DNA of 63,334 bases, counting the filler. It is 22 parts of 22 records of this genome, joined end to end, with 100 filler letters (N's around TTAATTAATTAA, not from the genome) between each part and the next. Parts side by side here need not be neighbours in the genome. Positions count along the whole stretch, not along the records: positions 35,796 to 38,815 come from SRR16133337_106810; positions 38,916 to 41,566 come from SRR16133337_106913; positions 41,667 to 43,887 come from SRR16133337_107315; positions 43,988 to 47,321 come from SRR16133337_107954; positions 47,422 to 49,681 come from SRR16133337_108055; 17 more parts are not named here. One strand, given 5' to 3'. This document shows, piece by piece, positions 37,925 through 48,986 of the stretch. The notes under the pieces are model-generated. The model had not been told where the DNA came from. It saw only the letters and a program-made list of their open reading frames with translations, and searched no databases. The translations under genes and the position numbers were made by a program. Position 1 is the stretch's first letter. Each line of letters starts with the position of its first letter.

Positions 37925-39245
37925 GGTAATAGCACCGTAAATTATGTATTTAAACGGCATTTCTATCCAAAGAAGTTATCGAGCCAATGCCCACCAGGCA
38001 AAAATTTCTGGCCACTCAAAATAAATTCACATGTGTGCACGTTTTTCAAAGATCAAATTTTGCACAAACATTTTCATTTCTATGCTTCTCAGGAACGATA
38101 CACAGTACGCCAGTGGATTGAGCCGGCACCTTCAAAAATCCTGCTCCCTTTCTTCTACAACGCTTGGACATCTTTTACGAAAATTACTTGAAAAACACCT
38201 GAGGTCAAGGGATGTGGCCGACAGAAAAGTTTGATTATTTCTATGTTTTTCCTCTAGAGAGACGGTAAGTTTCCAAAAATGACTCAAAATGTTGATTCTG
38301 CAGTCCTCATATTGATGAGATTTGTTGTACATCCGTAAGACGATACATCATCCCCAAATTTATCATATTGCAGTTTTAGGTTGCAAACAACTAGTGTTTG
38401 TTGAATATGTGTACGTGGCTCCCTTAACCAGTTGTTTGAGAATTATTTCAGAAAAAATGATGTTTTGACTGAATTTCATGGTGAAATTACTGTATCAGTC
38501 CATTGTAGAGGAACACACACGAGCTGATTGCTCACGATACATGATTCACACGTACAAAGAGGCGCAGTGTTTGCTCTTTAGAATGGTTGAGATTTTGGCG
38601 GTTTTCCGCACCAACAATATTCTATGAATTCTTTCAGTCATCAGACAGTTTACATTTTACCCCATTTTTGAATATTAAAAAACAGCCATCCAATCAGAGG
38701 TCTTTTCCTTCTGATCCACAAGGGTTTGAAAGCACATGCGCTTGTATCTTTCTGTTTGCGACTTTATCTCTCATACAACGAAACACATGCAAATATTTCT
38801 ATATTGGCCTGGAGANNNNNNNNNNNNNNNNNNNNNNNNNNNNNNNNNNNNNNNNNNNNTTAATTAATTAANNNNNNNNNNNNNNNNNNNNNNNNNNNNN
38901 NNNNNNNNNNNNNNNATCCTTAGACATTGTCCTACCTTAAGGACAGTGGAGGAAGGTGGTAAACAAGCTGGATAAACAAGGCGTAATTGATTTTTGAAAC
39001 GTTACTACGACAACTATCAGATTAAAAACGTGTTGTATTGTCTTTGTTGAAAGGTTTTAAATGGCAGGAAAAAACTGGAAAAGGTGCATTTGTTAAAAAA
39101 AGCAAAATGACCACAAGCACATGTGTGAATAGTTAATTATAGATTGATCTCTTTTGAAGAACCACGCTTTTGATGACAACCCCCAAGATGTTTTCATTTC
39201 CTGCATTTTATTTTTAATAATATTTTTAATCTATTTTCTGCATAG

Positions 39246-40992
39246 GTGCTGAAACTCCTCCAAAACCAATGCCTCTACTACACAGGCGGCCTAGCAAGAA
39301 ATCAATAAAAGCCCCAGGTACTTCGCGAGTGTTTAATAATATTTTAAAAGTTCCGAACCACCTTATTGGATTTTTGTTTATTGACAATTCATGAAATATA
39401 ATGTTTTCTGTGTGTACCAAAACAATTGTTATTCACATTTGTCTTCAAACAGAAAGATTTGTAGCTTTAACGCGAATCTTCCCGTATTCAAAATGATTTA
39501 CAAATATCATCTTTTTATTCGTGATATACATTTTTGGATTGTGTTACATATGTTTATTATATCATTTCATGTAGGTCCACAATCTCCAAATCGACCCCAA
39601 CAGTCACAACACAAAGGCCACAACCGCGCTAGGAGCGAACAAATAACAAGTTTCCGGAGAGAACCGCCGGCTATACCAAAAAGAGATGTAAATCATGTCG
39701 CTCATCCTTCGCGAATACGGTTCATTCCAAATGCGAATGGTGTTGGAAGTAGCCAGCCGCAAGGTCAGTTTTGCACAGGTCATATCGTCGTGATAAGTTA
39801 TCTGAAAACTAAGTCTGAAAATTGTTGTTCAATATACATGTCTTATACGGTTGCAGCTTGAATGTTTCCGTCTGAAAACATGTAACACAAATTCGCTCAG
39901 AAATTTACATATATGTCTTTACAAGAGCCAAACTAATTTTACATCATAGCACGTACATTTCCACATTGTAAAGAACCAAAAATCACAGTTCGGCACTGCT
40001 CTGTCCCTTCCGCCTGCCAAGGTATTGATAACAACAATCGCTTGATGCCAGCCCGCTTCCCGCCCAACCGAGCCGCCACCCTCTCTTTCTAAGGCTACAA
40101 TCCGTAACCTCTTCTCTTGGCATTGTCCGCTGTGTGCAATCCCTGAAAGACGGTGTCACAATTCCGCTCACTCCATACTCACTCGCACATAGTTCTCGTA
40201 TTATTACCCAGAATGTTTTTGTGGTTTTAGTTGCTCCAAAGCCAATTCCAAGAACTTTCCCATCACATAAACGTGCCGGAAGTTCTCCTCCTGACAAACC
40301 GCTGCCTCCTCCACCTCCACCTGAAGCGACACAATCAACCACTTCCTCCAGCACAAATAGTAATCGCGGCGCTAGTAGCGCTTCGCGAAGTAGAGCAGTT
40401 TCTGAATCGCCTAGCCGAAGTAAGTGAATATACGCCAACGCTAAAAGAAATAGTAATACATCCATTTTTTAATACAATATTTTTTGGAAAGAGCTTTGTC
40501 ATGACAAATCTTGAATTTGAAATGAACACCACCTATGTGTTTCTTAATGTAGCGCGTGTACGATTCAAGAACGAGAAAATTCCTGAATTTCAAGATTCAT
40601 CTCCAAAGCGACCAAGTATGTGTTTTAAACTTTAGCTTATTTTTTCTTTTACCATACATTGAGAAATTGGAACCAAATCAACGTGTAAATCGCACAAACT
40701 TTCTTTGAAATGGATATAGTGTTTTGCTATTGTGGGTGTTGCCTAATAAGGCAACGATTACAAGGTACATTTTGCGTAAATCTATGTGATAGGACAATAA
40801 TCCTACATACGGAATATGAATGTAATGTTGTTGTGTAAATCGTGAAAAACATGTAAATAAGTAATTGAAAGAGATTTCCCTGTGATCGAGCATCGTCATT
40901 ATAATATACTTGTTGATTTTTCAAAAGCAGATGATACCTTCACAAATGATTTATTGTCGCTTGCAAACACTCCAGGCCAATCTGTGAAGTGA
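39246..40992 (+). CDS. 3' exons of a proline/serine-rich disordered eukaryotic protein
   Basis: Several short GT-AG-bounded exons with PxxP-type motifs (PPKPMP, PPAIPKR, DKPLPPPPPP). Confidence 0.5.
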
Positions 40993-41553
40993 AATGCGTT
41001 TGGTCACAGACACACATTTTTTGGGATGCTATTTTTTCCCCTCAAAAATCAGCATTTCCAGTCCATGATGTACTTTCTTTCATTTTTGGAACTCGTCACA
41101 TGTGAAACTGGCCATATCAATCAAATAAACGGTTCCATTTTCATTAAAAAACACCTTGATTAGAACTACAAATCAAACATGTCCACATGCATTGGTTGAG
41201 TTGTGTGTTTCTTGCCCATTTTAAAATCCGGCAGTACACAAGAGAAACTAAAGAGTTTGCGTGTGCAAGTGTAAACTGAAAAACGTTACAAAATTTCACA
41301 AGACCTGCGATTTCAAACGCACAAGTGCAACAACCCCAAAAATATTTGATGAAATGTTTTTGTGCATATTTGATATTTTTAAATTCCTTTGGTATAGATC
41401 ATATTCATGCAACAACGCCAAAGGACCAACGAATCTTTCGCTGTTTTATGAAAAGGTAAGAAGATGTGAGGAGGCTTTTTTCGTATGTCTATCAACACGT
41501 CTGAGAAGGTGTAAAACAAAATAAGTACATTTCTAAATACCTTCGCCGTTGTT

Positions 41554-41566
41554 AGATCGGAAGAGC
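41554..41566 (+). other. Untrimmed Illumina adapter
   Basis: Exact AGATCGGAAGAGC at the contig end. Confidence 0.95.
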
Positions 41567-41666
41567 NNNNNNNNNNNNNNNNNNNNNNNNNNNNNNNNNN
41601 NNNNNNNNNNTTAATTAATTAANNNNNNNNNNNNNNNNNNNNNNNNNNNNNNNNNNNNNNNNNNNN

Positions 41667-41692
41667 TCGGGTTTCTAACCGGGCGGAGTATA
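41667..41692 (-). mobile_element. End of TATACTCCGCCCGGTTAGAAACCCGA element (ERIC-like MITE or IS end)
   Basis: Exact reverse complement of 43861-43886 and identical to 47426-47451. Confidence 0.8.
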
Positions 41693-41776
41693 TCTTTCAA
41701 TGAGGATGAAAAGTCCGCTCTATTTGATTTGAAAATCTTGTGGGAAGGCTTTGAGCGAATTAGACAAGAATCTTAA
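41690..41776 (+). pseudogene. 3' remnant of a small gene interrupted by the TATACTCCG element
   Basis: Open frame ISFNEDEKSALFDLKILWEGFERIRQES* starts at the element boundary and is followed by a terminator-like hairpin. Confidence 0.5.
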
Positions 41777-41785
41777 AATTTGAGG

Positions 41786-41825
41786 AAGGGAAGGCTGTGT
41801 GATGGCAGTCCTCCTTTATTTTTTT
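41786..41825 (+). terminator. Probable intrinsic terminator
   Basis: Imperfect stem AAGGGAAGGCTG...CAGTCCTCCTTT followed by a T run. Confidence 0.5.
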
Positions 41826-41876
41826 CCTCCAAAGAAAGGAAGCTTCTACGTAATGTTTTTGCACATCTGTTTTTAA

Positions 41877-41897
41877 TTGCTAATAACGTTTCGTATA
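41877..41897 (-). repeat. attC-like right half-site (TATAC-n5-GTTA)
   Basis: The minus strand reads TATACGAAACGTTATTAGCAA, with the same architecture as 43862-43843. Confidence 0.5.
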
Positions 41898-41918
41898 TTC
41901 TACCCAAGCGGAGTATAT

Positions 41919-42131
41919 TTACGATTTACTTTTTTGTGAAGCTAATAAATCGTAAACAGCAACGTCTAAAATTTCTGCGATTCGGTATAACTCCTTTAAA
42001 TGAGGTTGGGATTTATTGATACACCAGTTAGATACGGTGTGTTCGTTCTTTTCAAGTTGTGTTGCCAAATCTTTTTGACTTACTCCTTGCCTTACCAAAA
42101 CCTCCTTAATTCTATTAAGTTTATTATCCAT
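41919..42131 (-). CDS. XRE/Cro-C1 helix-turn-helix protein
   Basis: NRIKEVLVRQGVSQKDLATQLEKNEHTVSNWCINKSQP...IAEILDV. The start MDNK at 42131 is preferred. Confidence 0.9.
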   Translation of the reverse strand: MDNKLNRIKEVLVRQGVSQKDLATQLEKNEHTVSNWCINKSQPHLKELYRIAEILDVAVYDLLASQKSKS

Positions 42132-42278
42132 CGATTCAAAAATACAAAATGTAATGTACTTATACACTTTTAAAAGGATAGTTTTCATAAATGAAAATAC
42201 AAAATGTATATTTGTTTTGCATTAATGTAATTTTGTTTTACATTTGTATCCTTCTTTTATCCATCAAAACTTAGAACT

Positions 42279-42479
42279 ATGAACAGAAGATATACCAAAT
42301 CCCATTTAGAAGAGATTGTTTCAATCCAACTGGAGAACCTTAACGCTATGCATGATTTATTGAGTATAATGAAAGTACAAAATGAGTTGATTCAAAATGC
42401 CAATAAGAAGTTGAAAGATGAAATCTCAGAGTTTAAGCAAAAGCTGTATCCCACTCGAAAAAGAAACTCAAATTCTTAA
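42279..42479 (+). CDS. Small coiled-coil hypothetical protein, divergent from the XRE gene
   Basis: 66 aa, ATG start, heptad-like pattern; a TACATTTG promoter-like motif lies upstream (42239-42246). Confidence 0.65.
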   Translation: MNRRYTKSHLEEIVSIQLENLNAMHDLLSIMKVQNELIQNANKKLKDEISEFKQKLYPTRKRNSNS

Positions 42480-42517
42480 ATCTAAGGGTTGGGTGGCAAG
42501 CTTTGACTCGTCCTAAA

Positions 42518-42582
42518 ATAAAAGCAATCTCGGTTTGAGTATTTATTCAAACCGTTACTGCTTTTATACATGGTTAGCAACA
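42518..42582 (-). repeat. attC-like left half-site plus hairpin
   Basis: The minus strand reads TGTTGCTAAC-CAT-GTATAAAAGCAGTAACGGTTTGAATAAATACTCAAACCGAGATTGCTTTTAT, starting 12 bp after the DUF1059 stop. Arms are ATAAAAGCA/TGCTTTTAT and CGGTTTGA/TCAAACCG. Confidence 0.65.
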
Positions 42583-42593
42583 GTTTTTCTATA

Positions 42594-42833
42594 TTATTTG
42601 TCTTCACGAAGGGAATCGAATTCCTTTCTTTTGTTTTCAAACCACTCTTTCATGGCTTCAGGTGATTTCATAAGTTCTCGCATTTCATTCATAGCCTGTA
42701 GATGAGCTTTATCTCCCTTTTGAAACATTTCTGTTCCATGATGTTTACTCATTTCTGCGATTTCTTCAAATGTACTGGCATGGAATTCTTTGTTACAAGC
42801 TCCGCCTAATTGTTTACAAGTCATTGTTTTCAT
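42594..42833 (-). CDS. DUF1059-family small putative metal-binding protein
   Basis: MKTMTCKQLGGAC...F.A.TFEEIAEMSKHHG pattern. Confidence 0.8.
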   Translation of the reverse strand: MKTMTCKQLGGACNKEFHASTFEEIAEMSKHHGTEMFQKGDKAHLQAMNEMRELMKSPEAMKEWFENKRKEFDSLREDK

Positions 42834-42854
42834 AATTGTTCTTTTTTGTTTAAA

Positions 42855-43316
42855 TTATTTTTGATTTTTAAGAAACTCTTCTAATCTTTCAAAAACAGTA
42901 CCCCAACCATTCATAATACCCATTTTTTCCTGTTGTATACGATATTCCTCTGTAGGATGAACCACCTTAAAAGTAAAGTTGGTTTTATCACCATTTTCTT
43001 CAAACAGCGCTTGTATTTCTACTCCTTCTGTCATTGGTTTAAAGTTGGCAGTTGAAATTATTTTTTCAAGTTTAACAATCTCTGAATAGATCCCTTCTGC
43101 AATAAATTCTTTACCATCAGGCATGGACATCACATACTTCCATTTTCCACCAACTCTAAAATCATGTTCTATTACTCTAGTCTCCATTCCCTTTGGACTC
43201 CACCAATTGGCAATATGTTCCGGTTGAATCCAAGCTTCCCAAACTAATTTTATAGGTGCATTAAAAGTTCGTTTTAAAGTAATTGTTCTATTATTTATTT
43301 CATTTCTAGGAATCAT
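42855..43316 (-). CDS. SRPBCC/AHSA1 (START-like) ligand-binding protein
   Basis: RTFNAPIKLVWEAW...WW.P...DFRVGGKW...GW...ERL; overlaps the ArsR stop. Confidence 0.92.
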   Translation of the reverse strand: MIPRNEINNRTITLKRTFNAPIKLVWEAWIQPEHIANWWSPKGMETRVIEHDFRVGGKWKYVMSMPDGKEFIAEGIYSEIVKLEKIISTANFKPMTEGVEIQALFEENGDKTNFTFKVVHPTEEYRIQQEKMGIMNGWGTVFERLEEFLKNQK

Positions 43317-43638
43317 TTTCCTTGTTTTTGGATTGTAACTTTATTAAATAATTTTCAAAAGAGTCCAGTTTATCTTCCCATAGTTTTCGATATTGTTCTA
43401 TCCATAAGAAGGCTGGAATAAGATTTTTTGGTTGCATTTGACAAAAACGTTCTCTTCCTTTTTGTTCTATTTTAATGATTCCACATTCGTTTAGAATTCG
43501 TAAGTGCTTTGAAATAGCAGGTCTACTGATTTCAAATTTTTTAGCTACGGCATTTACAGTTAATGTTTCATTTGAAATCAATGCTATGATATCTCTTCTG
43601 ATTGGGTCGGCTATCGCTTGAAAAACATCTCTTCTCAT
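43306..43638 (-). CDS. ArsR/SmtB-family transcriptional regulator
   Basis: DVFQAIADPIRRDII...ISRPAISKHLRIL...GRER. Confidence 0.95.
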   Translation of the reverse strand: MRRDVFQAIADPIRRDIIALISNETLTVNAVAKKFEISRPAISKHLRILNECGIIKIEQKGRERFCQMQPKNLIPAFLWIEQYRKLWEDKLDSFENYLIKLQSKNKENDS

Positions 43639-43726
43639 CGTTTATTATTTGATTTGAATTTTTTTCCAAAAAAATAAGAGCTTTGTAAAAATGTCAGGGG
43701 AATTATTGCCCAAACTCCTTTTATAA

Positions 43727-43769
43727 GGTATCCGTTCGGTTACAAATATAAATGTAATTATTTGGTTAC
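43727..43769 (-). promoter_or_regulatory. Promoter (TATATTTG, 43750-43743) flanked by two GTAACC-n4-GGTTAC-like palindromes, probable ArsR operators
   Basis: Minus-strand GTAACCAAATAATTAC and GTAACCGAACGGATAC bracket the TAnnTTTG element. Confidence 0.55.
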
Positions 43770-43842
43770 GCAAGTGTTTTAAAAAAATTAGTTTGAAGCT
43801 GTTTTATGAGAGGAATTTGATTTCGTAAAGGTTAGTCGTAAT

Positions 43843-43862
43843 TGTTGCTAACGTTTAGTATA
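43843..43862 (-). repeat. attC-like right half-site / core site at the cassette start
   Basis: The minus strand reads TATAC-TAAAC-GTTAGCAACA. The last 10 nt are the exact complement of TGTTGCTAAC at 42582-42573. Confidence 0.65.
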
Positions 43863-43887
43863 TACTCCGCCCGGTTAGAAACCCGAA
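43861..43887 (+). mobile_element. End of TATACTCCG element
   Basis: TATACTCCGCCCGGTTAGAAACCCGAA runs to the contig end. Confidence 0.8.
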
Positions 43888-44504
43888 NNNNNNNNNNNNN
43901 NNNNNNNNNNNNNNNNNNNNNNNNNNNNNNNTTAATTAATTAANNNNNNNNNNNNNNNNNNNNNNNNNNNNNNNNNNNNNNNNNNNNGCGAAATGTGAAC
44001 GACTAATAACATTGTTTCGTCAACATCCAAGAACAGTAAATTTTTGCGTTTTTCGTTTGCGCAAAAACAAAAGAAAAACTCACATTTGTTCGAAGTTGGT
44101 GTCTTGCAACCTGGATAGGTCTGGAACATGCTGTAAAAATTTCATGGAGAAAATCATATTCCATTGTGAACTCAAGCACTTTGATTGGTTTGATGATTTA
44201 CAAATCAGTGATTCTGCCCTAGAATGTCACTTGTTTCTACAGCAACCACGAATGAAAAATTATGAAGCCAATCAAAGTGTTCCATTTCACAGTGGAATGT
44301 GTTTCTCAACGTGGAATTGTTACAACATATTCGAGCTATTAAGCTTGCATGACTCCAACTTTGAACAAAAGTAAGTTTTCCATTGGTTTTGCGCAAGCAA
44401 AAATCTCAAAAATTGACTGTTTTTGGATGTTGAAGAATCAGTTTTTCAAAGTAAAGGTCAGAAATGCAAGTACAATTTATAAACTTTCGGACTTCCGGAC
44501 ATTT

Positions 44505-45035
44505 CACTATGAAACAACAGGTGGGTTTTTAATTGAAAACCCACCGTTAGTTGTCAATGGGTTTCAACTCAAAACCTCCGGTTTAAGGGAAGGTTTTGAA
44601 AGTTCCTTGACTTGGAAAACCACCAGGTGGTTTGTTTGATTCGTTTGACATCAAAAGTTTTACTACTGAAACAGAATTTGCCTACAGTACTTACTTCACC
44701 TACACAGCTTTTGCATTTTCACAGGAAGCGGAGATGTGCGCTGATCAAATAAAATGACTGAGTAAAATGGTTTTGTGGGCGACCGTCAAACCGACGAAGT
44801 GGCGCGCTGATCAATTTTGGACGTCAGTGTGAACATCATCAAAAGTGCAAAGACATGCGGAAGTGAGTTGCAATCAAGCCCAAACTTTTAATGCAAAAAC
44901 AATAACAAACCATCAGGTAGTTTTTCAAGTCAAGGAACTTTAAAAACAGTCCCTTAAACCGGAGGTTTTGAGTTGAATACTCATTAAAAACAAGGTGGTT
45001 TTTTTAATTAAAAAAACACCTGTTGTTCCGCAGTG
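44505..45035. mobile_element. Non-autonomous foldback element with CACT termini (CACTA/Chapaev-type)
   Basis: About 135-150-bp imperfect TIRs (e.g. TTCAACTCAAAACCTCCGGTTTAAGGGA exactly inverted), ends CACTA... and ...CAGTG, with a 3-bp TTT duplication on both flanks. Confidence 0.75.
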
Positions 45036-46149
45036 TTTCGGATTTTGGTATAAACTGGCTTTCGGACTTCGGGAAACAACCCACCTTCCTTTCAATCTGA
45101 CCCAAAAATCGGTGTGACGCGGAGGGAAGGGGGTTCTGTTGTGATGTTGCCTGTACTCTGTAACCTACCCAAAAAAAAGTTGGTGATAGATGGGATTTCA
45201 TTTTTTACAAAGGATCCTCCAAAGAAATGGGAAAATGTCAATTGGGGTAATTCTCCCTTTCCCCCACCCCACCAGAAAAATGACCGAAAACCATCTCGGA
45301 TGGGGTGATTACTATGTTTTTTCCTGGGTTTTCTTTCGAATTGCTGTAGTTTTTGCACATCATGGTTTCCCTCGCATTCGCCAAGCACAGAGTGTGCACA
45401 TCGCGTACATACCTGCTCTGTTTTCGTCTGTTTTTCGTTTTTCCCGCGCGTTTCTTTCGCAATTTTTTATGGTACATGGTTTCTTCTCGCACCAAAAAAA
45501 GGGCACCCACAGCACATCAGTTTTGCACACGGTGGAAGCCATTTCTCAGGATTTCACAACATATTTGGTTTTCGCGTTTCTTAATTTCTCTCTCACATAT
45601 CCACAGTTTTTCTCGCACCCTTCAACGACATTGCGCGCATACTGTTGCACACCCCGGACACCATGCAGGACCCACTATCCACCATTGTTCACTCAAACTC
45701 GTAGCCACTATCTGGAAATTATTTTCTGGGGCGTTACAAGTTTGGCCTCGTTTTTGCACATTGATTTCGCAAGTTGTATTCTATTTTTAGAAATTTAACG
45801 CTAAAATATGCGATGACACGCCATTTTCGCAATCAAGATGCGATGTAAGATCGTTATGACGTCACCGTGACGTCACCGTGACGCCACAGCAGGATTTTTT
45901 CAACCAAATCACAATTGCGTTGATGCACACGTTCCAGGCCAAACTCCAAAGCGCTTGTAACGTAAAAGTGTTCGCTTGGTTTGTGTACTCCTTCATAAAA
46001 AGGACATCACCGTCCCTTTGCCTCTTCTGTTATAATTTTGGGCAAGTTACAGGGTACAAGCGCTATCAGGGCATAAACCACCACCCCGCTTCTTCACACT
46101 GATTTCTGTGTCGGATTGGAAGGTGTGGAGCTGTGGGAGTTATTCCCTG

Positions 46150-46368
46150 AAAGCCCGAAAGTCAGTTTGAACCAAAGTCCGAAAGTCAAGAAAAAACTTT
46201 TCATAAAGTCCGAAAGTCCGAATACACTAAAAACTTACAAACAGAAAGTCCGAACATTTTTTTTGTTAAAATTTTAAAGTCGGAAAGTCCGAAACACATG
46301 AGCTCAGTGATGATTCAACCAAGTTAAATACAAAACCTCATTGATCTTTAAATCCGAAAGTCCGAAGA
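46150..46368 (+). repeat. Cluster of AAAGTCCGAA motifs
   Basis: Multiple copies here; inverted copies (TTCGGACTT) at 44485-44500 and 45060-45070, and scattered copies near 14175, 14229 and 37401-37460. Confidence 0.6.
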
Positions 46369-47421
46369 TATTCCGGATCAGAAGAGTTGGTGGTTATTCT
46401 CTGTTTGAGGTAAATCCCCAAAATCTTCGATTTTGGAAGGGTGAGTTTATAAGAGGGGAGTGTGGGGTTTCTGCCCTGATAGTGCCTGCAAAGTGATTCG
46501 AAATGCTCATCCATCCCGTCATAACAAGAACCCCTACTTGGATTCGGATTTTTACTACGGACGGGGTTTTAGTTTTCGTAAGAAATAAGGCAGAAAAAAA
46601 ACACTGCACATATAATAACCTCTCCACCCACTTCCCCACATGGATCCGAGAAAAAACTGAATCTAGAGAGGGGGTGGGGGGCTATTCCGAAATACGTACT
46701 GTACTGTGACACCCCAAAATAATTTCAAATCTTTGGCATACCTGCACAGAAGGAATGGCCACACCCTAAGCTTTTTGGAATTGCATTTTCTGGATCGTAC
46801 TCTGCCAAGCAAACTGCACATGCAAGTGACGGCGATTCTTCACTTGGAGGATCGGGGCTGATTTTCCCCTTTGAGAAACCTATTTACACAAACACAGGCA
46901 ACATTAGAAACAGTGTTTTGCTTTTCTCAGCAAGTTGAAAAAAACGAAAAAACTAGTGCTGGCTGTCGCCGTGGATGTCGCCACAAAACCAACTTAATCC
47001 GAAAAACCAATTCTGCTGGGATCAGCCAGCACTAGTTCCCCATCCCTCCTCACACACCAGCAGACAATTCATAAAAATTCGTGAGAGAGAGAGAGAGAGA
47101 GAAAAGATGACATTGGTGGGATTCGAACTCCATTTTCTGCACAAGAGCATGTTATTACCACTGCGTTTATGCGATAGAACAATATTCTTGGAAAATTCAA
47201 GGATTGCACACAAAACTCAAGGATTACCAAGGCTTTATTCTGTAGGGACTAAAAAAAGATAGGGATGACTTCACTTTTTATTTTACAATTACTTTTTCTC
47301 CTCCTTGATTCTCCCTCCTTGNNNNNNNNNNNNNNNNNNNNNNNNNNNNNNNNNNNNNNNNNNNNTTAATTAATTAANNNNNNNNNNNNNNNNNNNNNNN
47401 NNNNNNNNNNNNNNNNNNNNN

Positions 47422-47451
47422 AAGTTCGGGTTTCTAACCGGGCGGAGTATA
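47422..47451 (-). mobile_element. End of TATACTCCG element inserted in the last codons of the symporter gene
   Basis: The minus strand reads TATACTCCGCCCGGTTAGAAACCCGAACTT; the CDS runs into it without a stop. Confidence 0.8.
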
Positions 47452-48896
47452 CTACAAAACAAACCTAAATAAGTGAAAGCACCATTTACGATAAGTAATT
47501 CATATCCAAAAGTATATCCGTTAAACCATTGCTCAGAATAGTTGTCTAGTAACGCTGTAAGTAGAACCGCTAAAACAGCAATCCACGGGACGAAGATTTC
47601 ATAAATCTTATTTTTGGTAAAAATTCCAAATGCAAAAAGTCCTAATAACGGTCCATAGGTATAAGAGGCTACCTTTAACAAACTGCTAATAATATTATCT
47701 TCCAAGACATATTTAAATAAGATAATGACAAGAGTTAAAAGAAGGGAAACACCTATATGTACTTTTTTTCGAATCCTTTTTTGTTGTTTCTCTTTTTGTT
47801 TTTCAAGGTCTAAAAAATCAAAACAAAAAGAAGTTGTTAAAGAAGTCAAGGCACTATCTGCACTAGAATAAGCTGCGGCAATCAACCCTAAAATAAAAAC
47901 AAGGGCAATGGGAGTTCCTAAATCTCCACGCAAGGCAATTTCAGGGAACAAAAGATCTGTTTTGGGTTTTCCATCGATAAGTGGAACTGAGATTCCATTT
48001 TTATCTGCGTATATAAATAACAACGCACCTAAAAATAAAAAGATAAAATTTACAAAAATCAAGATAAAACCTAAAGAAAGAACGTTCCATTGAGCTTCTT
48101 TGATATTTCTACAAGTTAGGTTTTTTTGCATCATATCTTGGTCAAGTCCTGTCATTGCAATGGCAATAAACATCCCTCCCAAGAAAGATTTAATAAAATG
48201 CTTTTTACTATAGAAGTCCTCCACAAAAAGAATTTGAGAGTACTTTTGAAACTCCTCAGAATAAAAGAGGTCTTGTATCGACCCATGAAAACTGTCAGTA
48301 ATGATATAGATAGAGGTGAATACAGCAAACAGCATAAAAAAGGTCTGTAAAGTATCTGTCCAAATGATTGTTTTAATTCCACCCTTAAAAGTATAGAACC
48401 AAATCAATAAAATAGAGAGGGTAACGGTAAGTTCAAAAGGAATATTCCAAGCATCAAAAATAAAATATTGCAATACCGATGTAACTAAAAACAATCGAAA
48501 AGAAGCTCCTAACACTCTAGAAACAAAGAAGAAAAAGGCACCTGTTTTATGGCTTGTAGTTCCAAAACGTTCTTTTAAATATTCATAGATAGAAGTAATA
48601 TTAGACCTGTAATAGATGGGGAGTAATACATAGGCAATCGTAAAATATCCAAAGAGGTAGCCAAAAACAATTTGCATATAACTAAACTGACTTTCTTGAA
48701 CCCATCCAGGTACAGAAATAAAAGTAACTCCCGATAAAGAAGCACCAATCATTCCAAATGCAACAACATACCAAGGAGCTTTTTTATTCGCTTTAAAAAA
48801 AACAACATTGCTATCGTTTTTACCCGTAAAGTAGGAGATGAGCAACAAAGAACAGAAATAAGCAATGATGATAAGAACGATTAGGTAGGCTTGCAT
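47422..48896 (-). CDS. Sodium:solute symporter (SSS/SLC5 family), 3' end runs into a repeat and the contig end
   Basis: [41 protein letters not shown] and [11 protein letters not shown] motifs; many TM helices. Confidence 0.93.
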
Positions 48897-48986
48897 CTAA
48901 AATGTTTTTAAAGTCAAAAGTAAGAAAATTAAAGAATAGCACAAATAACATAGTGAAATGCTTCCGCAAATTATTACATTTGTAGC

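Noticed and set aside
45715-45831. Similarity to the reverse complement of about 58801-58908
   Set aside because: A diverged dispersed repeat with no definable ends. It only suggests that both contigs come from the same eukaryote.
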